Virus record (IMG/VR): IMGVR_UViG_3300035661_000053
Location: 1-64,000 of that record
Strand: one strand, 5' to 3'
DNA from: a virus
Length of the DNA: 64,000 nucleotides
Shown here: positions 20,266 through 29,310 of the stretch, one piece after another
Numbering within the stretch: position 1 is the stretch's first letter
Layout of the letters: every line of letters starts with the position of its first letter
The notes under the pieces: generated by a model
Seen by the model: the letters and a program-made list of their open reading frames with translations, nothing else
What the model was told of the DNA's origin: nothing
Database searches by the model: none
Program-made: the position numbers and the translations under genes

Positions 20266-21303
20266 TTAACTTTTAGAAGGAACCTTCGCCATATTTAGCA
20301 CTTCAGATACAGGATTCACTACCTCTGCCGCGGGCAATTGCTGAACAGCCACCGGGGCCAGGGCAGACCGTCCTTGCAGGAGATCACCAAATAAAGTGGC
20401 AAGAATACCCGTGCCTTTTGACCCGGTAGCTTTTATCTCGATAGATTGCGTGTTGTCTGAATTTAGATTTTCAACATTAAACATAAGCTGGGATAGTACA
20501 CTTATCTCGTTTGTTAAATTCTTGTCAAGAACGCCACCATCAATTTTCTCATTCAGGACTGCACGCATAACACGCTCCTTTTGGATATTAACAAGAACAC
20601 GCATACCAGTTTTAGTATCACTAAAATCAGTATCCAGCGAAAAATTAAAAACGCAAGATTGATTCACCACAAATTTAGGGCACCGTCCAGCAAGATAGCA
20701 AGTGTTGCAAACAATGAGGTCATCCTGTAATAACGGGTTGGCTTCTATCTTCCGCACCTCGATCGTCTGGGAACCTCCTTGACTTTTAAGCTCACGGGTA
20801 AGCATGTTGAAACAATGATTGTAGAATTGCTTCTTTGTCACGCATAAACCACAGTCACGGGGACAGTCTGTGCCATTTTTTTCATGCGTTGTGAATAGCC
20901 ATTGTCTTGCTTCTTCATTTGAAGGAGAAAGGAAGAAAGATTGTATTTCACCTTCTGTCTGTATCTGATAGAATTCTACTGGATTCACAACGAGTTTATC
21001 AACCTTCTTTTGTATGACAGTATCCTTCTTCCCCTCGTTACAAGAATGACAGAGCGTCTCCAAATTCGTGAGGTCATTTGTCCCTCCAGCTGAAAGCGGC
21101 ACAATGTGATCTATTACCAATTCTACCGTGGGATCAGTTTTTGGAGATGCACCGCAGCGTTTACAACGATGCTGATCTCTTTCAAGAATCTCGAACCTTA
21201 ACTTGTGAGTTATCTCATTACGAAGCTTTTTCTTCTCCTTCGTGGTTAATTTCTTGCTGTCTTCTTCTGCTTGCTTCTTTTTCTGCTCTTTAAGTGTTGC
21301 CAT
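20266..21303 (-). CDS. HNH endonuclease fused to a Cys-rich C-terminal domain
   Basis: RDQHRCKRCG..DHIVP..GG.N...NL.TLC..CN; then CPRDCGLC and CNTC...CPKF...C; likely start MATLK. Confidence 0.8.
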   Translation of the reverse strand: MATLKEQKKKQAEEDSKKLTTKEKKKLRNEITHKLRFEILERDQHRCKRCGASPKTDPTVELVIDHIVPLSAGGTNDLTNLETLCHSCNEGKKDTVIQKKVDKLVVNPVEFYQIQTEGEIQSFFLSPSNEEARQWLFTTHEKNGTDCPRDCGLCVTKKQFYNHCFNMLTRELKSQGGSQTIEVRKIEANPLLQDDLIVCNTCYLAGRCPKFVVNQSCVFNFSLDTDFSDTKTGMRVLVNIQKERVMRAVLNEKIDGGVLDKNLTNEISVLSQLMFNVENLNSDNTQSIEIKATGSKGTGILATLFGDLLQGRSALAPVAVQQLPAAEVVNPVSEVLNMAKVPSKS

Positions 21304-22282
21304 TTTCTTCTTTCTTTTTCTTTCGTCTACCACGTCGGCCTTTCGGCGCAACCTTTGGTGCTACACCGTGCATTACTTCAAGCTCATTTGGTGTACACAT
21401 GTAAAAAGGATTCGTTTTAATGAAATCGCGTTCTGCTTCAGTGAGCCACCATTGTCTATTCAGTGTTCTCCTGTTAAAATTTTTCTCATTCATAAGCCAA
21501 GCATTGATATTGAATTTATTCACCTGCCGAGTATTATCATCCATGAATTTGCCAAAGTCAACACCCCATTTATGGCAGGTACGAAATTGCTGTCTACGAA
21601 TAGCTTCCTTCTTCGTGTAATCAATCGTCTCAAAGAAACTCCCATTCCAGACATATGTGATGCCATATTTACCACCACTAAAATACGTGGTTGAATCAGC
21701 ACTAAACAAGGGAAATTTATCAAATGACACGAAGTTTGTCATAGCGAACCCATGAACCAATTTCCTGTACCTGTAGGAGAGATTGTATACTTGCTCAAAG
21801 TATCCAGTATCAGTTTTTGAATTGATACCACCTGATGCACCTATAAAGTTATAACGATCAAAGTATTCGTAAAGATTCTTGTATGGTAGGCTATAATCGT
21901 GAGTGACATAGCAGACTCGCTGACCTTCTTTCTCCAATTGCTCAAATTCTTTATTCCAATCATAGACCTGTTTGTCCCCCACAAGCAGGTTAACATCATA
22001 GTTAGCGACCCAAAAGAGTCTCCCAATATACTTGGATGCGAAATTGAGATAGTCTGAAAGATATTTGACATGGTTAATTTTCTCGTGATTATCTTGTGCT
22101 TTTGAGAACATGGTGAAAGCCCCAGAATCAAGAACAACGAGAGGAAACATATCGAGAACTTCGTCAAAGGGAACACCCTTGTCAATAATATAGTAATAGG
22201 ACATCAGGACTTTCTTGACTCCCGCGCTATAGCAATCATTCCTGATCTGCCTGTCTTCCACACCCGCGAATATTAATTCCAT
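21290..22282 (-). CDS. dpdA: DpdA-like 7-deazaguanine DNA transglycosylase (TGT fold)
   Basis: LDSGAF, HGFA, SADSTT motifs; clustered with que genes. Confidence 0.8.
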   Translation of the reverse strand: MELIFAGVEDRQIRNDCYSAGVKKVLMSYYYIIDKGVPFDEVLDMFPLVVLDSGAFTMFSKAQDNHEKINHVKYLSDYLNFASKYIGRLFWVANYDVNLLVGDKQVYDWNKEFEQLEKEGQRVCYVTHDYSLPYKNLYEYFDRYNFIGASGGINSKTDTGYFEQVYNLSYRYRKLVHGFAMTNFVSFDKFPLFSADSTTYFSGGKYGITYVWNGSFFETIDYTKKEAIRRQQFRTCHKWGVDFGKFMDDNTRQVNKFNINAWLMNEKNFNRRTLNRQWWLTEAERDFIKTNPFYMCTPNELEVMHGVAPKVAPKGRRGRRKKKKEENGNT

Positions 22283-22286
22283 TTTC

Positions 22287-23261
22287 TCACCCGTGACAAT
22301 CCATAGGATTTATAAGACGTTCGTACACATTTTTTGCTGAGAAATGATTCACCACCATTTCCAAACTAAGAAAGCCTGCCTCATCAGTCCTTTGAGCTTT
22401 ATAAAGATCAGCTTGAAGAATATCCGAGTACAGGAAATTCCGTGGAAACAGATCATGATAAGAACCAACATCTCGGCATAAAGGGATAGTCCCTGTTGCG
22501 ACAGCATCCATAACGGAAAGGCCAAAGGACTCACAAAAGGCTGTGCTCACGATAATCTCGCAAGTGGATGCAAGCTTCTGGTATTCCTCCGAAGTAAGTC
22601 CCACGTGTAACTCCATATTAGGATGTTCCTTTGCTAGAGTTTCCGCCACGGATAAGGGTATTCGTCTCGTGCAAACATGAAATTCAAAATCAGGAAATTC
22701 ACGCATTAGTTTTTGAAAATCAGGAAATCCTTTTACAGGATTGTTAATATCATTTCCTGCCCAAATAACCGTCTTGCTTCTTTTAATAGAGGCATTCTGA
22801 AAAGGAAGCAAGGGGCAACCAATAGACCTATATTGTGATTCATGCAAACCATAAGATAAAGCTGTTGAAGAAGTTGACACGAGCATCGGTGTACAAAGAG
22901 AATTTTGCTTATAGTACGCTGGAGCGTGCACATAATCTTGATAATCCTTTGACACGTGCACGTATATCTCAAAAGGAATTTCCCTATCAAGACCAATCAT
23001 TTGTTGGAAGGGCAATTGCATAGAATCCAAGAAAATTATTTTCTCGATGTTCTCATGCCCGATCATTTCTACTTTCCCACGCAATTCAAGCATTGATTTA
23101 TAACCATAATAAGCAAGGTTTTCAAACAACGTTGAGTTGCTCAAAACGGAGATAGGCTCCCCATAAAAAAGGACACGATTATCCGCGACAGCCTCAAGAC
23201 GTTCCTGAAAATCCTTGCTCCAAGAATCAGCAGTCTTATGCAACCTGTTTATTAAAATCAT
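22287..23261 (-). CDS. Glycosyltransferase, GT-B fold (GT4-like)
   Basis: KGF..., ESFGLSVMDAVATG (Ex7E/D) motif. Confidence 0.8.
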   Translation of the reverse strand: MILINRLHKTADSWSKDFQERLEAVADNRVLFYGEPISVLSNSTLFENLAYYGYKSMLELRGKVEMIGHENIEKIIFLDSMQLPFQQMIGLDREIPFEIYVHVSKDYQDYVHAPAYYKQNSLCTPMLVSTSSTALSYGLHESQYRSIGCPLLPFQNASIKRSKTVIWAGNDINNPVKGFPDFQKLMREFPDFEFHVCTRRIPLSVAETLAKEHPNMELHVGLTSEEYQKLASTCEIIVSTAFCESFGLSVMDAVATGTIPLCRDVGSYHDLFPRNFLYSDILQADLYKAQRTDEAGFLSLEMVVNHFSAKNVYERLINPMDCHG

Positions 23262-23398
23262 TCAGCCACCTCACCCACCCCGGCATTTGGCTCCAGGTAC
23301 TCTAAAGTAACATGGGGGTCACCATTGGAAGAACCACGTGCACGTATGAATTTTATCCTTTTACCTTCAAGTTTATCTTCTTTTTTCTCGTCCATGCG
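23258..23398 (-). CDS. Small hypothetical protein
   Basis: Fills the gap between queC and the glycosyltransferase with overlapping ends (MDEKKEDK...). Confidence 0.4.
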   Translation of the reverse strand, partial: RMDEKKEDKLEGKRIKFIRARGSSNGDPHVTLEYLEPNAGVGEVAE

Positions 23399-24140
23399 TA
23401 ATTTCTTTCGTAATAAATAGTCGTGTTTTCTTAGCAATAGCATCCTTTATGCGGTGCTGTCTTTTCTCGCTATACTTATTTAGGTTCTCCAAGTAAGTAC
23501 GCGCCGTGGTTGACTCAGCAGGATTCACCGCGAAATTTCCTGTAATATCATTGTTTGCCAGAGCAACAAATTTTCGAAAGCAAGCCGGGCAATTACCACA
23601 TTCAATAAAACCCGAGTTACTACGAACCGGGCTATAGCAAGAATGTGTACTCACGAGCGAAGCTATGCCAGACTTGCCATAATTTTCAATGTACCAATGA
23701 ACCATGTCTGTTTTGTCCATGTGCACGAAAGGAGACTCCACGATGATATTTTTCCCGGACAGACTTGTAAGAAGCGTGCTCATGTTCATCATAAATTCTT
23801 GTGTCCTGTCAGGGATACTCATTTCATCCTCCTGAACAATAAGAGCAATCATGTAGCTGTTTGCTGCCGGGTATTCACGAAGTGCCATACTCGTTGCAAC
23901 ATGGCAAAGATAAGAATTCCGAAGGGGGATTTCAGCGTCATTTTTTTCGAATGCCCCAATGTGCATGCCCGGGGCATAATGTATTTTTCCTACATGATTT
24001 GTCCTCATAATGGACTTCATCTCAGCTTCCTGGTACCTATGCCCAAGAGGAACGTATACCCGCATATCGGGTTTCAAGTAAGCAGAAGCAATAAAGGAGT
24101 CAAGACCACCACTATACAGTAGGACTTTCTTTGGCTTCAT
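23373..24140 (-). CDS. queC: 7-cyano-7-deazaguanine synthase QueC
   Basis: LYSGGLDS PP-loop, IPLRN, SCY...CGNCPAC zinc site; likely start MKPKK at 24140. Confidence 0.85.
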   Translation of the reverse strand: MKPKKVLLYSGGLDSFIASAYLKPDMRVYVPLGHRYQEAEMKSIMRTNHVGKIHYAPGMHIGAFEKNDAEIPLRNSYLCHVATSMALREYPAANSYMIALIVQEDEMSIPDRTQEFMMNMSTLLTSLSGKNIIVESPFVHMDKTDMVHWYIENYGKSGIASLVSTHSCYSPVRSNSGFIECGNCPACFRKFVALANNDITGNFAVNPAESTTARTYLENLNKYSEKRQHRIKDAIAKKTRLFITKEITHGREKRR

Positions 24141-24900
24141 AATAATCACTAACCTCCTTCCGCATACCTTTCCAATGCTCGTTAAAAAAAGGCTCATAGC
24201 AACCTATATGCCACGCGGTCGCCTGACCCAATTGCACCCGTTTATCCTCCGGTATACTCAAGAATAATTCCGTGTCATAACCACGTTCACCTTTTTTATA
24301 GGCTATGAATGACTCGTAGAGAGCTAAAAAGCAATCTCTTTTTATAATATACGTACCCGAGACACCATACGCCGGACCAACATGATCAAAACGAACCTTG
24401 CCATACATCTTAAGTGGAATGTCCTTCCTCAAAATAATGTCGGTACCATCGGGGTTTGAAAAAACCTTGTCCGTGTAATCCGGGAAGCCACGTGCATTCT
24501 CGACATCAACCGTGGATATGACTATCATATCAGGGGTACATTTTTTGTCACTATCCAATTTTTCCATTGCTTCGACTATTTTCTGAAAGTCATTTTGAGC
24601 GATCAAAACATCGTCATCAAGCACGAGAAAAACGTCATACCCCTCGTGCGACAGAGCCCATCGTGCTTTCGCCGCGGGCATGGAGACATCATGAGAAACA
24701 AGGTGCACGTCAATAAGGTGTTTGTTTCGTTTAGCAATTGCGAATTCCGTTTTGAAGAATTTCGCGAAATCCATCGAGTACGTGAGAATTTCCCACTCTA
24801 TACTTATGCTCGTCGTGTTCAACAAGAGATTCGTCATAACCTTTGAGAACATGGCAAAGCGATCCTCCCGAACCATCGTTAAAATTTTAGCTGTTTGCAT
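24112..24900 (-). CDS. Glycosyltransferase, GT-A fold (GT2-like)
   Basis: YDVFLVLDDDV DxD motif; GERGYD and WH motifs. Confidence 0.7.
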   Translation of the reverse strand: MQTAKILTMVREDRFAMFSKVMTNLLLNTTSISIEWEILTYSMDFAKFFKTEFAIAKRNKHLIDVHLVSHDVSMPAAKARWALSHEGYDVFLVLDDDVLIAQNDFQKIVEAMEKLDSDKKCTPDMIVISTVDVENARGFPDYTDKVFSNPDGTDIILRKDIPLKMYGKVRFDHVGPAYGVSGTYIIKRDCFLALYESFIAYKKGERGYDTELFLSIPEDKRVQLGQATAWHIGCYEPFFNEHWKGMRKEVSDYYEAKESPTV

Positions 24901-25931
24901 GTATTAATTTTCCTTAAAAATTCCAGTAAAGCAGGTTTATCAGAATAATGCTGAAGGAGTGATGCTTCAACACTTGCCCCGTCTTCTTCCCTCGTTACTT
25001 CCTTGTACATTTTTCTGTCAAAACCATGCAATTTTTTATTCGCGCCCATCAAGTAAAGAGTATCACATTTGAAGCAGTGATAGCAAAAATCCATGAAGTC
25101 TTCACTATTACAATGAGCGAAGTCTACCTTCATCTTCTTGAGGGTCTCCAGAATAGTCAAAGAATCCATGTGACTTATTGGAGAAGCAACATGCTTACCC
25201 GCGTGGGAAAGAGAATTATAATAAGCTTTCATATCAAAGCCTTGAACAAGAATTAGATTATCCCAAACCTCCTTTTCATAGCCAACAAGAATATTTTGTC
25301 CGTTATAAAAAATAGGATACGCAAATTCAACGAGCACTTCTTTATAATATCTGTCATCCCCAAGAGCCCTTCTAAGTAATGAAAACATACTCCCCTCTAT
25401 AACAAAGTCACTCCTTCTTCTATCAGTTACCCCGAAAAACTCCGCGTACATAACTCTTATGCTTTCTGGTACGTTTGAATTGAGGTAAGAAATCATGGTG
25501 CTATCCTTACCACCAGAATACATTACCAAAAAAGGATAGACACTTTTTGTAGAGTCCTCAATGTTCAAACCATGATAAGAGACCTCCTTAAAAATTATTT
25601 TTTTATCCCGATTTTGTAATATTTCCAAATAGCTAATAACAACAGAAAACATTCTTTTATTCAGAAAATAAGGAACCTCAATCTCTGCCTCATCATAAAC
25701 GTAAAGGCAATACAGTAGAACATAATTGAGTTTATTCAAAAAAGGAGAGGTCTTGTGGTAAATAGCCTCTATTGATTTGAAGCCATCCTCATGCGAAACT
25801 ATAACACGAGTCAACTCTGGATTAGAGCCGAAGTCCAAGCGTACGTGCTTCAAAGTTTTATCCGAAATTATGTAACAAATATTAGTGTAATATACTGTTT
25901 TTATTTTATACAAAAAATACTCTTTGGGCAT
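24879..25931 (-). CDS. Second, divergent QueC-like PP-loop ATPase with N-terminal extension
   Basis: VMYSGGKDST PP-loop; HC...CYHCFKC zinc motif; start uncertain because the ORF-track start overlaps a terminator. Confidence 0.7.
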   Translation of the reverse strand: MPKEYFLYKIKTVYYTNICYIISDKTLKHVRLDFGSNPELTRVIVSHEDGFKSIEAIYHKTSPFLNKLNYVLLYCLYVYDEAEIEVPYFLNKRMFSVVISYLEILQNRDKKIIFKEVSYHGLNIEDSTKSVYPFLVMYSGGKDSTMISYLNSNVPESIRVMYAEFFGVTDRRRSDFVIEGSMFSLLRRALGDDRYYKEVLVEFAYPIFYNGQNILVGYEKEVWDNLILVQGFDMKAYYNSLSHAGKHVASPISHMDSLTILETLKKMKVDFAHCNSEDFMDFCYHCFKCDTLYLMGANKKLHGFDRKMYKEVTREEDGASVEASLLQHYSDKPALLEFLRKINTCKQLKF

Positions 25932-25932
25932 T

Positions 25933-25958
25933 AAAAAACCCGCCATAACAGCGGGTTT
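25933..25958 (-). terminator. Intrinsic terminator after the small basic peptide gene
   Basis: AAACCCGC-tgttatg-GCGGGTTTTTT. Confidence 0.8.
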
Positions 25959-25987
25959 GAGAAGAAGCATAGGAAATTTTGGGAGGC

Positions 25988-26119
25988 TTATTTGCCGCGT
26001 GCCCTTTTACCTACTTTAGGATTGGACTTGCTATTTACTTTGCCGCCCCGTGCCGGAGTGGCTTTGCCTTTCGCGGCAATCATCTTTCCTGCCGGTTTGC
26101 CTTTCGCGGAGTTACCCAT
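25988..26119 (-). CDS. 43-aa Lys/Gly/Ala-rich peptide, absent from the ORF track
   Basis: MGNSAKGKPAGKMIAAKGKATPARGGKVNSKSNPKVGKRARGK; GAAAGG RBS, TAATTTTG motif at 26166-26173, own terminator. Confidence 0.8.
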   Translation of the reverse strand: MGNSAKGKPAGKMIAAKGKATPARGGKVNSKSNPKVGKRARGK

Positions 26120-26182
26120 TTTCGTGACCTTTCATGTTAGAGATTAAGTTATTTTTTGCACTGCACAAAATTACCATGAACG

Positions 26183-26938
26183 TTACTTTAAATCAAGTGT
26201 TTTGTGCATCTGAGTGGATAATCGAACATTTGGAAAATCTTCAAGAAACAACAATAATTTATTTATCAATGTTTTATCTTTCTGAAAAACGTAGTAATCG
26301 GGTTGTATAAAGATTAGAGTATTCAATTTGAAGCCTTTACAAGTTGCAAAAATATTTCGCAAATCCCTTAAATCAGCATCAGTACCAACAACGAATTTCA
26401 ATTGCACATTAAAAGTCATATCAGGAGATAACCAAAATTCTACAACCTCCTTCGCGCGAGCAAGAGATGCATCTATTTTAGCCGAACCTTTTGTAGCTGA
26501 AGAAAGCTTTGGTGATACAGAAAAGAAAACATTATCATTAAGCATATCGAATAAAACTTTCCTGTCCGGGAAGGGATACCCGGAGGTCTCAACAGAAATA
26601 TAATCATAGCCATTCTTATGAAGCTTGCCAATCAGCCAATGTACTGATTCTGCTTGTTCCATAGGTTCACCCCCAGTTATGCAAATCCAAGCGTTCTTAT
26701 TCCAGCCCTCAACTATTCTTTTGTAAACATCAGCACAGAGCACTTTGAATTTTTTATTTTGTCTCCAAGAATTTTTAGTGTCACACCAAGCACAACCAAC
26801 AGTGCAACCATTCGTTCTGACAAACCTTGTCAAGAAACCACTTAAGAGACCTTCACCTTGTATAGAATCAAAAATTTCTTGCACATACAGCGAAGCAATA
26901 TTGCTATTAATCCCACTACGTCTCCTTTTCACGATCAT
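26183..26938 (-). CDS. queE: 7-carboxy-7-deazaguanine synthase QueE (radical SAM)
   Basis: EIFDSIQGEG, CTVGCAWCDT, ITGGEP, VETSG, SPK, QMHK. Confidence 0.92.
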   Translation of the reverse strand: MIVKRRRSGINSNIASLYVQEIFDSIQGEGLLSGFLTRFVRTNGCTVGCAWCDTKNSWRQNKKFKVLCADVYKRIVEGWNKNAWICITGGEPMEQAESVHWLIGKLHKNGYDYISVETSGYPFPDRKVLFDMLNDNVFFSVSPKLSSATKGSAKIDASLARAKEVVEFWLSPDMTFNVQLKFVVGTDADLRDLRNIFATCKGFKLNTLIFIQPDYYVFQKDKTLINKLLLFLEDFPNVRLSTQMHKTLDLK

Positions 26939-26953
26939 CCTGGTATCTACATT

Positions 26954-27511
26954 TTATTGAAAAAATTGTTTGTTACTTTGTAAAAGATTAAGAGCCTCCG
27001 CCTTATCAATGTCACCAAGCATACAAGATGTTGTCGTGACACTCCCGATACTTTTAACACCCCGTATTGTCATGCAAAGATGCTCCGCTGAACACACCAC
27101 GAAAATACCTTTTGGCTGAAGGCGTTTCATTATGTCTTCTGCTATATCCGCGGTAAGGTTCTCTTGCACCTGTGGTTTAGCAGAGTGGTATCCTATTATT
27201 CTCGCGATTTTGGAAAGACCTACAATGGTGCGATTACTGCAATGATATACAACACCAACCTTGCCAAAAAAGGGCAACAAATGATGCGCGCAATAAGAAG
27301 TGAAATTTATATTCGATACTGCCACATACCCATCCTTACCCTCGAACGTGGTTATCTTGGGTGGGTTCTTATACAGCCCGGAGAAAAGCTCCAGGTACAT
27401 TTTAGCAACCCTTTTTGGTGTGTCTTTCGTGTGCCCGTCAACAGGTAATTGAAGCCAAGCAAGCAGATCACCAATTATTTTCTCCCCTTCAGCTATATTT
27501 GGCTTTTTCAT
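26954..27511 (-). CDS. folE: GTP cyclohydrolase I
   Basis: TPKRVAKMY, CAHHLLPF, GLSKIAR, QE, HLCMTIRG. Confidence 0.95.
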   Translation of the reverse strand: MKKPNIAEGEKIIGDLLAWLQLPVDGHTKDTPKRVAKMYLELFSGLYKNPPKITTFEGKDGYVAVSNINFTSYCAHHLLPFFGKVGVVYHCSNRTIVGLSKIARIIGYHSAKPQVQENLTADIAEDIMKRLQPKGIFVVCSAEHLCMTIRGVKSIGSVTTTSCMLGDIDKAEALNLLQSNKQFFQ

Positions 27512-27513
27512 TT

Positions 27514-27771
27514 TTAATCCAAGAAGCTGAAGCTTGCTTTGTTATGGTCATTAATAATAAAAGTATGATCTTTTGAAATTCTCGACGGTATACGGCTATT
27601 GAAGAACTTGAAAGTGTTTGTAGCCTTATCATAACTTATGAGTTTACTGTTATGTAAATTATAGAAATTATAAGTGCCACCTACCTTCATTTCCCGTCCA
27701 TGAATAGAAGCCGTTGTTTGGAAGCTTTCCTTTTGCTTTCCTGATGAGCGATTCGCCCTTGAGCCACCCAT
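27514..27771 (-). CDS. 85-aa basic protein starting MGGSRANRSSG
   Basis: ATG at 27771 lies 1 nt after the stop of 27773-28858, implying translational coupling. Confidence 0.7.
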   Translation of the reverse strand: MGGSRANRSSGKQKESFQTTASIHGREMKVGGTYNFYNLHNSKLISYDKATNTFKFFNSRIPSRISKDHTFIINDHNKASFSFLD

Positions 27772-27772
27772 G

Positions 27773-28858
27773 TTATTTGATTCCTTTCTTTGCCAATTCT
27801 TTTCTAAAATTAGCGGCGTTTTCCATAAAGATGTCATCACTCAAATAAAATTGATCTGTCGAGTATCTACTTTCCTTCACGCCCCAGATCAAACGGCGGG
27901 AGGATATAACAGGTATATAAGAGTTCATGTACAAGGCGTTCTTGTCAATCGCGTGATACTGCACGATACGACTAACTGTAGAGGCACCAACGACAATTAT
28001 CTTAACACTGGGGTTCAGCAAAGACCTGATCAGCTTGAATTGTTTCACCGCGTAATCATGGTAAACTTCTTGACGTGCCATTTGAATTGGAAAATAGACA
28101 TGGGAAAAACCCGTCTTGTTAATCCAATTCGCGAAAGCTTTTGCATCACTCTCCCAAAGATACAAAAAACAAGGTATTGTTGGGAAACCATTATCAACCA
28201 AATCCTTGATAAACTTATAACTAAGGAGCCTATTCTGAACAGTTGAGCAAGCAGGTTGATTAAAGAAAAAGCTTACCGTGGGAGACATAACATATTCAAA
28301 TCCCTTCTCCCTAAAAGGCTTTGTCCAATCCCTTTGCAAGTACGCGTAAGTAGGGCTTGCAATGTTCATACCCTCGTTATTATAGACACCAAGATACTGC
28401 TCATTACTTTGAAAGACTTCTTTGCCGAATAACCAACTAAGCAAAGATTTATCATCATCTGACATGAGCAACCCTAAAGAGCATTGACGTGACTTTGCAA
28501 GATTCGTCAATCGTTTCTCCATACCCATTGAAAGCTTTGACAAAGGAAAGGTGAGTACTTTTTCGTGCGCGTCAATTTTCTGGTGGGTCACGAAAGATAC
28601 CTTTGGAAAGTCCACGGGTATTTCTGCAAGCTTGCCTAACCGGGGTGCACGATACTTTTCAATGTCAGGGAACATGGTTGCTATCGCGTAAGGGTTATCA
28701 GGAAAGAATTGTTTCGCATCCGCATGCTCGAAAGGTGCTTTAACAACAACTGTTTTTTCACAGTGCTTCTTATAATTGCAAGTAGAGCAATAAAAGTTCT
28801 CATCCTCAAGAGAAAAGTATTTTTCAGGAGAAATGATCATTTTTCTATCTTTAGCCAT
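27773..28858 (-). CDS. DUF4417-like, possibly TGT-fold protein with N-terminal Cys cluster
   Basis: CSTCNYKKHC; YVMSPTVSFFFNQP resembles the DUF4417 SPDFS.Y.D.P motif; G.PTIP and IIVVG; assignment from memory. Confidence 0.5.
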   Translation of the reverse strand: MAKDRKMIISPEKYFSLEDENFYCSTCNYKKHCEKTVVVKAPFEHADAKQFFPDNPYAIATMFPDIEKYRAPRLGKLAEIPVDFPKVSFVTHQKIDAHEKVLTFPLSKLSMGMEKRLTNLAKSRQCSLGLLMSDDDKSLLSWLFGKEVFQSNEQYLGVYNNEGMNIASPTYAYLQRDWTKPFREKGFEYVMSPTVSFFFNQPACSTVQNRLLSYKFIKDLVDNGFPTIPCFLYLWESDAKAFANWINKTGFSHVYFPIQMARQEVYHDYAVKQFKLIRSLLNPSVKIIVVGASTVSRIVQYHAIDKNALYMNSYIPVISSRRLIWGVKESRYSTDQFYLSDDIFMENAANFRKELAKKGIK

Positions 28859-28872
28859 AAAAGTTCCTTAGA

Positions 28873-29310
28873 TTATTCTTCATAACGTGCGCTACTCGTG
28901 GGAGTCTCGCACCATTCTACAAATTTTACTTTCGCAAAGCCATTGAATTTTTCTTTCAAAATTTGAAAACATAGCTTAGCAAGATTCTCCGCAGTGGGTG
29001 TTTCCTCAACACGCAAGATATTCTGAAAGACACCCGCGTGAGATAAAAGCATATTCAATCTTTCATCATCCTTGCACAAAATTAATTTATGATCAAATGT
29101 TTCCTCGATACTCTCCTTCAGGAAAGCTTTCACGGTGCCATAATCAAGAACCATACCCTCCATAGCTGTGCCTTTCATAATAGGTGAGGGTGTGCCTTCC
29201 AGGGCTATCGTGATACGAGCAGTATGACCATGTATACCCCTGCATCTACCATTATGCAGATGCAGAGCATGGCCATAGTCAACGGTTATCGTTTTCGTTA
29301 TCGTTGTCAT
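28873..29310 (-). CDS. queD: 6-carboxytetrahydropterin synthase QueD
   Basis: GHALH..GRC.GIHGH, FDH, PTAENLA, ETPTS. Confidence 0.93.
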   Translation of the reverse strand: MTTITKTITVDYGHALHLHNGRCRGIHGHTARITIALEGTPSPIMKGTAMEGMVLDYGTVKAFLKESIEETFDHKLILCKDDERLNMLLSHAGVFQNILRVEETPTAENLAKLCFQILKEKFNGFAKVKFVEWCETPTSSARYEE

